The notes under the pieces are model-generated. The model ran no database searches and had not been told where the DNA came from. It was given only the letters and a program-made list of their open reading frames with translations. From NCBI GenBank assembly GCA_016869235.1, contig VGER01000003.1, positions 2,469 to 66,468 on the forward strand: a DNA stretch of 64,000 nucleotides. The letters are read 5' to 3'. Numbering within the stretch: position 1 is the stretch's first letter; the number at the start of each line of letters is the position of its first letter. A program made the translations under genes and the position numbers. The DNA comes from Alphaproteobacteria bacterium (GTDB taxonomy: Bacteria > Pseudomonadota > Alphaproteobacteria > UBA2966 > CAIVPW01). This document shows positions 1 through 8,582 of the stretch, piece after piece.

Positions 1-1
1 C

Positions 2-172
2 GGTGCCTTGATCCTGCAGGCGTTGTCGGACAATGCCCACGCCACGTTTGACGTCGAGTCCAGCCCCGGCAAGGGAACGAGCGTGACGATGACCTTTACC
101 CGGCCGGCCGCTTCGTACGACGGCGTGGCCGCCGAGGTCGCGGGCGCGCAACCTTTTGCCAGCCTCGAGTAG
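2..172 (+). CDS. C-terminal fragment of a sensor histidine kinase (HATPase_c end); 5' end lies outside the window
   Basis: The frame from position 2 translates to ...GALILQALSDNAHATFDVESSPGKGTSVTMTFTRP..., the typical C-terminal G2-box region of a histidine kinase. Stop TAG is at 170-172. Confidence 0.45.
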   Translation, partial: GALILQALSDNAHATFDVESSPGKGTSVTMTFTRPAASYDGVAAEVAGAQPFASLE

Positions 173-304
173 CACCCGTTACGGCCGCACCGTCAGTTGC
201 GGCCACCGGAAGGCGGCGAACTCAGGATGTCGCTCGGCGCCTGGCCGCGCGGGGCGATGCGCGTGCCCACGTGCGCGCGGCATCGATGACTGGGGGCGGC
301 GCCG

Positions 305-703
305 TTAGCGCCTCTCCGTCGTCTTGCCGTCGGAGTGTTCGTGGCCGCCGGCGTCGGCCTTGGTGCGGTGCACAACTCCGTCACGATGCTCGGGCGGCCC
401 GTACAGGGTGTAGAACTTGAGCGCGCTCTTGCCGGTATTCACCACATTGTGGCGGGCCCCGGCCGGCACGATGACGGCATCGTCCGCTTTCACTGCGTTG
501 CGCTTGCCGTCAATCCGCACCTCGCCGCTGCCCTCCTCGAAGCGGAAGAACTGGTCACGGTCGTCGTGGACTTATTCGCCGATGTCCACGCCGGCGGGCA
601 GGGACATCAGCACCAGCTGTAGGTTCGCCCCGGTGTAGAGCACGCGGCGGAAGTCGGCATTCTCGACCGTCAGCTTCTCGATGTCTGCTGCGAAGCCCTT
701 CAT
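305..703 (-). pseudogene. Cupin (RmlC-like) domain protein interrupted by an in-frame TAA at 572-574
   Basis: Track ORFs 572..784 and 305..520 are the same reading frame split by TAA (..LPAGVDIGE*VHDDRDQFFRFEEGSGEVRIDGK..). The cupin G(X)5HXH motif spans the stop. Start at MKGFAADIEKL (703). Confidence 0.55.
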
Positions 704-795
704 GCGTGCATTCTCCTTTTTCGTTCTGCGCGCTTGTACTCCGCGCGCGGCGCGGGTGCTAGAGTGCGCCACCGTTGCGAGCACAGGAGAGAGCG

Positions 796-1423
796 ATGTC
801 CCTTGGCCGCGCGATTCTGGTTCTCTTTGGCGCGTTGGCGTGGACCTCGGTCGCCGTCGCCCAGGCGCCTGCTGGCGGCGGCGGCGCGGCGGCCGGCGGA
901 GGAGGAGGAGGCGCGGCGATGTTCACGATGTCCACTACCGCCTTTGCTGACGGTGGCGTCATCCCCGTGCGCTTCAGCCAGGCCGCTCCTGGCGCCGCCC
1001 CCGGCGAAGGAACCTCTCCCGAGCTGAAGTGGACGAATGCGCCGGCCAACACGCGCAGCTTCGTCCTGCACATGCACGACATGGAAGTCGTGCGCAATCG
1101 CACCACCGACGACCAGCGGCACTGGTTGGTGTGGAACATTCCGGCGACCACGATGTCGCTGCCCGAAGGTCTGCCGCGCGGCGCCAAGCTGGCGGACGGC
1201 AGCTGGCGGATCAGCGCCACCGGCCCGGTCTACCGTGGTACCGGCGCCGGCGCCGCGGGACCCATGCACCACTACGTCTTCGAACTCTACGCGCTGGACA
1301 TACCGCTTGCGATCGAGCCCGACGCCGACGCGTTCGCGACGGCGCACCAAGGTGATGGCGGCGATGCAGGGCCACATCCTCGGCAAGGCGGTGTATCTCG
1401 GCTTGTTCCGCCGGCCGAACTAG
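796..1423 (+). pseudogene. YbhB/YbcL (PEBP family) periplasmic protein with a +1 frameshift near 1345-1355
   Basis: Signal peptide, then PEBP motifs (FVLHMHDMEV, HWLVWNIP, HHYVFELYALD). The conserved C-terminus KVMAAMQGHILGKAVYLGLFRRPN* sits in the neighbouring frame (track ORF 1037..1423). Removing one base at gcgcacc restores ...DAFATATKVMAAMQGHIL... Confidence 0.6.
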
Positions 1424-1618
1424 CAAGAACGGCTGCGCTCCTTCGGGTGCGGCCCATCCTCGCGTGAACTTGGCCGTTAGTTGGGGCGGGCGGTAAACTG
1501 GAAGCCGCTGCGGGCCTAGACGGTATTGCTCCTGATCCCGCAGCAGGGACCGAACGCGCTCTGACTGGTGCCGATGACGGCAACTGGAATGGTGCGCTAA
1601 GGAGTTCGCTCGGGGACG

Positions 1619-4045
1619 CTACGCTCGTTTCTTCGTGTACTTCTTCTCGGCCTCGGCGACGGTGCGCTTGACCGACAGATAGCTGTCCGGGCTCACCGAG
1701 ATGGCGTCGATGCCGGCCTCCACCAGGAAGTCGGCGAACTCCGGATAATCGCTGGGCGCCTGGCCGCACAGGGCGATGAGCGTGCCCACCGTGTGCGCGG
1801 CATCGATGACCTGGCGGATGACGCGCGTCACCGCCTCGTGGCGCTCGTCGAAGTGCTCAGCCAGCACCTCCGAGTCGCGGTCCACGCCCAGCACCAGCTG
1901 GGTGAGGTCGTTGGAGCCGATCGAGAAGCCATCGAAGCGGCGCGCGAACTGCTCGGCGAGGACGATGTTCGAGGGCAGCTCGCACATGACGTACACCTTG
2001 AGGCCGTTCTTGTGCCGCTCCAGGCCGTGCTGGGCCATGGTCTCCAGCACCTTGTCGGCTTCCTGCGGCGTGCGGCAGAACGGGATCATGACGATGATGT
2101 TGGTGAAGCCCATCGTCTCGCGCACGCGCTTCAAGGCGCGGCATTCGAGCGCAAAGCCGTCGCGGTAGCGCGGCGAGTAGTAGCGCGCGGCGCCGCGGAA
2201 CCCGAGCATCGGGTTCTCCTCGTGCGGCTCGAACTGGCGACCGCCCAGCAGATTGGCGTACTCGTTGGTCTTGAAGTCGCTCATGCGCACCAAGACCGGG
2301 CGCGGATGCTGGGACGCGGCGATCTTGGCGATGCCGCGCGCCAGCAGCTCGACGAAGTATTCCGACTTGTCGTCGTAGCCGCGCGTGAGCTCGGCGATCT
2401 GCTCGCGCGCCTTCTGGTCCTGCAGCTGGTCGAAGCGCACCAACGCCATCGGGTGGACCTTGATGACGTTGTTGATGATGAACTCCATGCGGGCGAGGCC
2501 GATGCCGTCTGCCGGCAGCTGCCACCACTGCAGCGCCGCGGCCGGGTTGGCCATGTTCAGCATCACCTTGGTGCGTGTCTCCGGCACGCGGCCGAGGTCG
2601 ATGTCGTTGACCTCGAAGCTGGCGATGCCGTCGTAGACGAAGCCGTCGGCGCCCTCGCCGCAGGAGACGGTGATCTCCTGGTCGTCGTGCAGCACGTGCG
2701 TCGCGGTGCGCGTGCCCACCACTGCCGGAAGGCCCATCTCGCGGCTGACGATGGCGGCGTGCGAGGTGCGCCCGCCGTGGTCGGTGACGATCGCCGAGGC
2801 GCGCTTCATGATCGGCACCCAGTCGGGATCGGTGTTTTCTGCCACCAGGATGGCGCCTTCGGGGAAGCGGTCGATCTCGGCAGCCGAGCGGACGATGCGC
2901 ACCATGCCCGAGACGATCGCGTCGCCCACGGCGAGGCCGGTGAGCAGCTTGCGGCCCTTCTCGTTCAGCTTGTAGGTCTTCAAGAGGCCGCGGCGGCGTT
3001 GCGACTGCACCGTCTCCGGGCGCGCCTGGACGACGAACAGCTCGTTGGTTTCGCCGTCGCGCGCCCATTCCATGTCCATCGGGCGGCGGTAGTGGTCCTC
3101 TATGGCCTTGGCCCAGCGCGCCAGCTTGAGGATCTCGGCGTCCGAGAGCACGAAGCTGGTCTGCTCGACCTTCGAGGTCGGCACGTTGCGCGTGCGCTGC
3201 TCGTCCGAGGCGCGCGCATAGATCATCTTGATGGCCTTGGCGCCGAGCCGCTTCTCGATGATCGGCAGCAGCTGCTCCTCGGAGAGCAGCGGCTTGTAGA
3301 CGACGTACTCGTCCGGATCGACGAGGCCGCGCACCACGTTCTCGCCCAGGCCCCACACCGCGTTGATGAGCACGGCGCGGTCGAAGCCCGTCTCGGTGTC
3401 GATCGAGAACATGACGCCCGAGCCGCCGTTGGTGGCCCGCACCATCACCTGAACACCAACCGACAGAGCGACCTTGCCGTGGTCGAAGCCCTTCTGGTCG
3501 CGATAGTTGATGGCGCGGTCGGTGAACAGGGAGGCGAAGCACTTCTTGGCGGCGTCGAGCAGCGCCTCGTCGCCGGAGATGTTGAGGAACGTGTCCTGCT
3601 GGCCGGCGAAGCTGGCGTCCGGCAGGTCCTCGGCGGTGGCCGAGGAGCGCACCGCGACGTCGGCGCGGCCGCCGGCGCGCTGCTTCAGCGCCGCGTAGGC
3701 CTCCGTGACGGCGCCGGCGATGTCGTCGGGCCACTGGCCGGCCTCGATCAGGCGGCGAATGGTCTGGCCGGTCTCGGCCAGGGGCACGCGGGCGTGCTTC
3801 ATGTCGCCGAGCGCGGCCTGGATACGGTCCTTCAGCCCGTTGGCGGCGAGGAAGGCCCGGTAGGCGGCGACGGTGATGGCGAAGCCCATCGGCACCGGGA
3901 CGCCGGCCGCCCGCAGGCCCGACATCATTTCGCCGAGCGAGGCGTTCTTGCCGCCGACGACGGCGATGTCGGCGATGCCCACCTCGTCGAGGGGCACCAC
4001 GTATGCGGCCTCTGGGGCGAGTGTTGGGCTGGTCTTGTCGGCCAC
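1619..4045 (-). CDS. ppsA: Phosphoenolpyruvate synthase (pyruvate, water dikinase)
   Basis: The 808-aa product from GTG at 4045 (VADKTSPTLAPEAAYVVPLDEVGIADIAVVGGKNASLGEM...) has the PpsA phosphohistidine and PEP-utilizing domains. The upstream part of the track ORF is R-rich and non-coding in character. Confidence 0.85.
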   Translation of the reverse strand: MADKTSPTLAPEAAYVVPLDEVGIADIAVVGGKNASLGEMMSGLRAAGVPVPMGFAITVAAYRAFLAANGLKDRIQAALGDMKHARVPLAETGQTIRRLIEAGQWPDDIAGAVTEAYAALKQRAGGRADVAVRSSATAEDLPDASFAGQQDTFLNISGDEALLDAAKKCFASLFTDRAINYRDQKGFDHGKVALSVGVQVMVRATNGGSGVMFSIDTETGFDRAVLINAVWGLGENVVRGLVDPDEYVVYKPLLSEEQLLPIIEKRLGAKAIKMIYARASDEQRTRNVPTSKVEQTSFVLSDAEILKLARWAKAIEDHYRRPMDMEWARDGETNELFVVQARPETVQSQRRRGLLKTYKLNEKGRKLLTGLAVGDAIVSGMVRIVRSAAEIDRFPEGAILVAENTDPDWVPIMKRASAIVTDHGGRTSHAAIVSREMGLPAVVGTRTATHVLHDDQEITVSCGEGADGFVYDGIASFEVNDIDLGRVPETRTKVMLNMANPAAALQWWQLPADGIGLARMEFIINNVIKVHPMALVRFDQLQDQKAREQIAELTRGYDDKSEYFVELLARGIAKIAASQHPRPVLVRMSDFKTNEYANLLGGRQFEPHEENPMLGFRGAARYYSPRYRDGFALECRALKRVRETMGFTNIIVMIPFCRTPQEADKVLETMAQHGLERHKNGLKVYVMCELPSNIVLAEQFARRFDGFSIGSNDLTQLVLGVDRDSEVLAEHFDERHEAVTRVIRQVIDAAHTVGTLIALCGQAPSDYPEFADFLVEAGIDAISVSPDSYLSVKRTVAEAEKKYTKKRA

Positions 4046-4267
4046 GGCCGGAAAGTAGCCGAAGCCCCGCCGCGATGCCAAATGCCGCGCGCGGTTGCCG
4101 CGCCCCGCCAGCAAAACCCACCTGGCCGTGCGCCGCCTGCTGCCCCGCCCTGCCGACGCCACCCTCATACGGCCGCTGGCGGGCAATTGCCATCTTCGCC
4201 TTCAGGGGATGGTGGCGGCCTCCCGCGCAGCTTGCGCCAGGGAGGCGGATGGGCAGGAGGTGGCTTG

Positions 4268-5140
4268 GCACCCGACGACCATGTCCCGGAGCGCGATGCG
4301 CGCACCCTGCCGTCGGCGCTCGACATCGACTTGCGCGCGCGCCTCGCCGGCCGCACTCCGCTCGTGTTCCTCGACGACGAAGGCACCCTCGCGCCCATCG
4401 TCGAGCGGCCGGAGGAGGCGCACCTGCCGGCGCTCACCGTCGAGGTGCTGACGCGCCTCGCGCAGCGGTGCCCGGTCGCCATCATCAGCGGGCGCGTTCT
4501 CGCCGACGTGCGCGAGAGGGTCGGGCTCGCCAACATTGCCTATGCTGGCAGCCACGGCTTCGACTTCATGACCCCCGACGGCAACGAGTGGCACCACCCC
4601 GAAGGGGAACGCTTCGTGCCGCCGCCGAATCGTGTCGAGGCGCAGCTGCGCGAGCGCACGCGCTCCATCGCCGGGGCGCAGATCGAGCGCAAGCGCTTCT
4701 CGCTCTCTGCGCATTACCGCCGGGTGGGGCGCGCCGACCTGTCCGCGTTCGAGGTCGCGGTGCTCGACGTCATCGCCAAGAACCCTGGGCTGTCGCATAC
4801 GCTCGGCAAGATGGTGCACGACCTCAAGCCGGCCATCGACTGGAACAAGGGCAAGGCGCTGCTCGCCATGCGCGCGCGCATGCGCGAGCAGGGCAGCGAC
4901 CCGGCGCTTGCCGCGGCGCGCCCGCGGCGCTGGAGCCGGCCGCCGCTGACCATCTACATCGGCGACGACCGCTCCGACGAGGACGCCTTTGCCGTGCTGG
5001 GCGGCGACGACGTCGGCGTGGTCATCGGCGCGCCGGCATATCCCACCCGGGCGCGCTACACCGTGCGCGACGGCGACGAGGCCAGCGCATTCCTCGGCCG
5101 CCGCGCCGACGCGCTGCACGCCGCTCCCTACAGCGAGTAG
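4268..5140 (+). CDS. otsB: Trehalose-6-phosphate phosphatase (HAD family)
   Basis: Contains the HAD motif FLDDEGTLAPIV, ...IISGRVLADVRERV..., and a DWNKGKAL...IYIGDDRSDEDAF cap. It is embedded in the long artefactual ORF 1793..5140. No in-frame ATG exists near the 5' end, so the start is uncertain (TTG about 4268). Confidence 0.7.
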   Translation, partial: APDDHVPERDARTLPSALDIDLRARLAGRTPLVFLDDEGTLAPIVERPEEAHLPALTVEVLTRLAQRCPVAIISGRVLADVRERVGLANIAYAGSHGFDFMTPDGNEWHHPEGERFVPPPNRVEAQLRERTRSIAGAQIERKRFSLSAHYRRVGRADLSAFEVAVLDVIAKNPGLSHTLGKMVHDLKPAIDWNKGKALLAMRARMREQGSDPALAAARPRRWSRPPLTIYIGDDRSDEDAFAVLGGDDVGVVIGAPAYPTRARYTVRDGDEASAFLGRRADALHAAPYSE

Positions 5141-5581
5141 GTGCCGACCAGCGTCGCCTCCTCGATTCTGCGCCGCCCGCGCGACGTCGCGGCAGTGGGG
5201 CTTTCCCGCCAGCCGCAACTCCTTCTCGCGCAGCGCCAGGAGCCTAAAGCGGTAGTGGTGCACCTTGCCGGGCGGCGGGCGGGGGCCGCCGTAGCAGCGG
5301 TCGCCGAAGTCGTTGCCTGCCTGCTTTGCGTCGCCGAGGCGTTCGCGGGGGCCGAAGCCGCCCGCGATGCCCGTCGCGTCGGCGGGGATGTCCCACATGC
5401 CCCAGTGAAAGAACGTGCGTCCCGGCGCGTCGGGATCGTCCATGATGAGGACGAGCGAGGCGGTCCCGGCCGGCAGGCCGCTCCACTGCAGCGCGGGCGA
5501 GACGTTGTCGCCGCGGCAGGTGAAGCGGTCGGGCAGGCGCGCCCGGTGCGCGAAGTCCGGGCTGCGCAGGCTCATCGCCAT
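5128..5581 (-). pseudogene. Second PEBP/YbhB family protein with a frameshift near 5160-5175; 3' end overlaps otsB by about 13 bp
   Basis: MAMSLRSPDF...LVLIMDDPDAPGRTFFHWGMWDIP...GKVHHYRFRLLAL is followed by AAQNRGGDAGR, but the family C-terminus IEEATLVGTYSL* is in the adjacent frame and ends at 5128. Confidence 0.55.
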
Positions 5582-5648
5582 GGCGCATCTTACGTCCGCC
5601 GGCGAAGGCGCGCAGCGGCGGACGTGGTACTCTTGTGCGGGAGGCGCC

Positions 5649-6566
5649 ATGGGCTTCGTCCGCGCCAAGGCCGCTGTGCTGCTCGCCGCGCTGCTTGCCG
5701 CGCCCCTGCTGGCGCCGGTGCCCGCCGCCGCACAGGCCGTCGACCTCGAGCTCGTGCTGGCGATCGACATCTCGCGCAGCGTCGACTTCGAGGAGGGACT
5801 CCTGCAGCGCGAAGGCTACATCGCCGCCTTCTCCAACCCGCTCCTGCTGGCGGCCATCCAGGAAGGCTACTACGGCCGCATCGCCGTCACCTATTTCGAG
5901 TGGGCGTCGTGGGGCGACGTGCGCCTCGTCGCGCCGTGGATGGTGATCGGCGACGCGCCGAGCGCCGCCGCCTTCACCGATGTGCTGCGGCGGCAGTCGA
6001 TCTGGACCGGCCAGCGCACGTCCATCAGCCAGGCCATCGACTTCGGCGTGTCGCTGTTCGCCCACAACGGCATCGACGGCGACCGCAAGGTCATCGACAT
6101 CTCCGGCGACGGCCACAACAACCATGGCCGCCACATCAACGACGCGCGCCAGGACGCGGTGGCGGCGGGCGTCACCATCAACGGCCTGCCGATCCTCAAC
6201 ACGCGGCCCGGCCCCGGCACGCCGCCGCTCCCCGACCTCGATGTCTACTACAAGGAATGTGTCATCGGCGGTCCCGGCGCGTTCGTCGTCGTCGCCGAGG
6301 GCTTCGAGAAGTTCGCCGAAGCCATCACCCGCAAGCTTATCCTCGAGATCGCCAATCTCGCGCCGGCCGGCGGCGAGGAGCGCGTCGCGCCAGGGGCGCG
6401 CCACGCAACCAACAACGGCCAGCCCAAGGTGCAGCACGCGCAGTTCCTCCAGCCCGCGCGCCCCGGCGCCGCCGCTCCCAGCGGTCCTCTGCGCTACGGT
6501 CCCTATTGCGAGGGTCCGCCCACCGGGGGCGGCGGGCAGTTGCCGCCCATGCTGCCGCTGCGTTGA
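5649..6566 (+). CDS. DUF1194 (vWA-like) domain protein with signal peptide
   Basis: MGFVRAKAAVLLAALLAAPLLAPVPAAAQAVDLELVLAIDISRSVD...IDISGDGHNN...TINGLPI...YYKECVIGGPGAFVV... Confidence 0.8.
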   Translation: MGFVRAKAAVLLAALLAAPLLAPVPAAAQAVDLELVLAIDISRSVDFEEGLLQREGYIAAFSNPLLLAAIQEGYYGRIAVTYFEWASWGDVRLVAPWMVIGDAPSAAAFTDVLRRQSIWTGQRTSISQAIDFGVSLFAHNGIDGDRKVIDISGDGHNNHGRHINDARQDAVAAGVTINGLPILNTRPGPGTPPLPDLDVYYKECVIGGPGAFVVVAEGFEKFAEAITRKLILEIANLAPAGGEERVAPGARHATNNGQPKVQHAQFLQPARPGAAAPSGPLRYGPYCEGPPTGGGGQLPPMLPLR

Positions 6567-7405
6567 TGCGCGTCCGCCCCCTGCTGGCTGCGGTGCTGTT
6601 CGCCGGGGCACTGCCGACTGCCGCGCAGAATGTGCCCGTCGATCTCGAGCTCGTCCTCGCCGTTGACGTTTCGCCGAGCGTCGATGAGCGCGAGGGACTG
6701 CTGCAGCGCGGCGGCTACGTGCGCGCCTTCGCCGATCCGCGCATCGCCCAGGCCATCCGCAACGGCCAACACGGCCGCATTGCCGTCACCTACCTCGAGT
6801 GGTCGCGCTTCGGCCTGTGGTACAACGTGACGCCGTGGCGCGTGCTCGCCAGCGCCGAGGATGCGCTCGCCTACGCGCGCGAGCTCGATAACACCGTTGT
6901 CACGCGCGGCTCCGGCACGTCGATCTCCGGCGCCGTCGCCATTTCGATGGACCTGCTGCGCAGCAACTCCTTCGACGCGCCGCGCCGGGTCATCGACATC
7001 ACCGGCGACGGCCCCAACAGCAACGGCCGCAACGTCGCGCTGGCGCGCGACGAAGCGGTGGCCGCCGGCGTCGTCATCAACGGCGTCGCCATCAACGACC
7101 GCGAGATCACCTGGTACTCGTTGCGCGATCTCGACGTCTACTACGAGGAGTGCGTCATCGGCGGCCCGGGCAGCTTCGTCGTCGCCGTCGATGGCTTCGA
7201 CTCGTTCGCCGAGGCCATCCTGCGCAAGCTCATCCTCGAGATTGCCGATCGCCCGCCGACGGTGGACGCGCGCCAGCCCCGCGTCATCCCCGCCCAGGTG
7301 CTCGGCGGGCGGCGAGAGCGCAAGTACGCGCCGCGCTGCGACATCGGCGAGCGGATGCAGCGCATGGACCAGCTCGGCTTCCCGCCCGGCACGCCGTTCC
7401 AGTGA
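6566..7405 (+). CDS. DUF1194 domain protein, tandem paralog
   Basis: Its start overlaps the stop of the previous gene (TGATG). MRVRPLLAAVLFAGALPTAAQNVPVDLELVLAVDVSPSVD...IDITGDGPNSNG...YYEECVIGGPGSFVV... Confidence 0.8.
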   Translation: MRVRPLLAAVLFAGALPTAAQNVPVDLELVLAVDVSPSVDEREGLLQRGGYVRAFADPRIAQAIRNGQHGRIAVTYLEWSRFGLWYNVTPWRVLASAEDALAYARELDNTVVTRGSGTSISGAVAISMDLLRSNSFDAPRRVIDITGDGPNSNGRNVALARDEAVAAGVVINGVAINDREITWYSLRDLDVYYEECVIGGPGSFVVAVDGFDSFAEAILRKLILEIADRPPTVDARQPRVIPAQVLGGRRERKYAPRCDIGERMQRMDQLGFPPGTPFQ

Positions 7406-7719
7406 TGCGCGGGCGGGCCGCGGCGTGACGTAGGATTTCGTCCTCGCGCTGCAGAATTGCTTTCGCGCCCTGGCCGAGGAGCAACGCAAGCGTCACGTGC
7501 GGCACGCTCCGGGCATCACGCGCTGCAAGCTCCTCGAGTTGGCGCCGTGCAGGAACGCCAGCGCGTCGAGCTGCTCGCCGAGGGCGCCGACGAGGATGGG
7601 CACGACGAGCAGGCCAGGCAGTATCGGGCGCTGGCCGAGGCGATTGCCGACGTGGCCGCCGCGATGGACCCCTAGCTCTGCGTGTGACGTGAGGCGTTCC
7701 CCAATCGGCCCAACTGTGG

Positions 7720-8349
7720 TTGAAAGGTGCCGGGGGAGCGGGGGCTTTGCGCGTTTTGCAGGTGACTTGGGGCGCCGCGCTGGCGCTCGCGATTGCCGTC
7801 ATGGTCGGTGCGGGTGCGGCTGCCCAGAACGCGCCGGTACCGGGCATTGCCGAGGTGCGCGTGGCCACGCGCGTCCTGCCGCCCATGGTCGTCGAGGAGA
7901 ACGGCGGCTTCACCGGCTTCAGCATCGACCTGCGGCAGTCCATCGCCGCCCGGCTGCAGCTGCACAGCGCCTACACGGCGGCGCCCAATGTTGGCGGCCT
8001 CCTGGAGTTGGTCCGCAGCGGCGGGGCCGACGTCGGCATCTCCGCCATCTCCATCACGTCGGCGCGCGAGGCGGAGTTCGACTTCTCGCTGCCCATGCTG
8101 AATGCGGGCCTCGAGATCATGGTGCTCGGCAGCGCCGGGCCGGCGTCGCGCAAAGCCTTCGCCACGCACGCCGCCAGAATCAGCACGCCAGTTTCGTCCG
8201 GTGGACCGGACGAGCGTGAACCACGCATGCATCTCTGCCGCGAACGGAACACCCCCGTGTGCCGTTCACCGCGCCCCCTCTGCGTCGTCATCTTACGGCG
8301 AAGCTCAAGCTGCCGTGAAAATGGAACCGATCGCCACGAAATGTGCTGA
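7720..8349 (+). pseudogene. 3'-truncated ABC-transporter solute-binding protein (family 3). Homology ends near 8130 and the rest of the ORF is unrelated low-GC sequence.
   Basis: Signal peptide, then ...VATRVLPPMVVEENGGFTGFSIDLRQSIAARLQL...GADVGISAISITSAREAEFDFSLPMLNAGLEIMV, which is only about the N-terminal half of an SBP_bac_3 protein. No remaining half is present downstream. Confidence 0.5.
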
Positions 8350-8582
8350 CTCTGGGTTACATCTAGTATATAAGCTGCGAACCCGGCCAGCCATCAGCCG
8401 GCGAAGGGCGTGACGCCCGAAGGAAGGAGTCGGCCACGTAAATCCACCGCTATTACGGTGAGACAGTCAGGGTCCCGTTGGCGCGGACGCCGAGACGGCC
8501 TGATTGAAAGGGCAGGGGACCGGTTGGTCCCATCGCGGTCCAATCTCTCGTTCCCACCCATTGAAAAGAACGCAGGCATTTT

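Noticed and set aside
1793-5140. Very long ORFs (1115 aa at 1793..5140 on the plus strand; 804 aa at 1857..4271, a second minus-strand frame alongside ppsA) and many other R/A/G-rich 100-600-aa ORFs throughout the track
   Set aside because: They lie antisense to, or out of frame with, well-supported genes. Their composition is the Arg/Ala/Gly/Pro bias expected from stop-codon-poor high-GC DNA, and they show no family similarity. Only the 3' 290 codons of 1793..5140 (otsB) are real.
7457-7675. 72-aa ORF between the DUF1194 pair and the SBP fragment (..QERQRVELLAEGADEDGHDEQARQYRALAEAIADVAAAMDP)
   Set aside because: It has coding-like composition but no start or RBS I could justify. A neighbouring frame also reads ..LRALAEEQRK.., so it may be another frameshifted small gene, but support is too weak to call.
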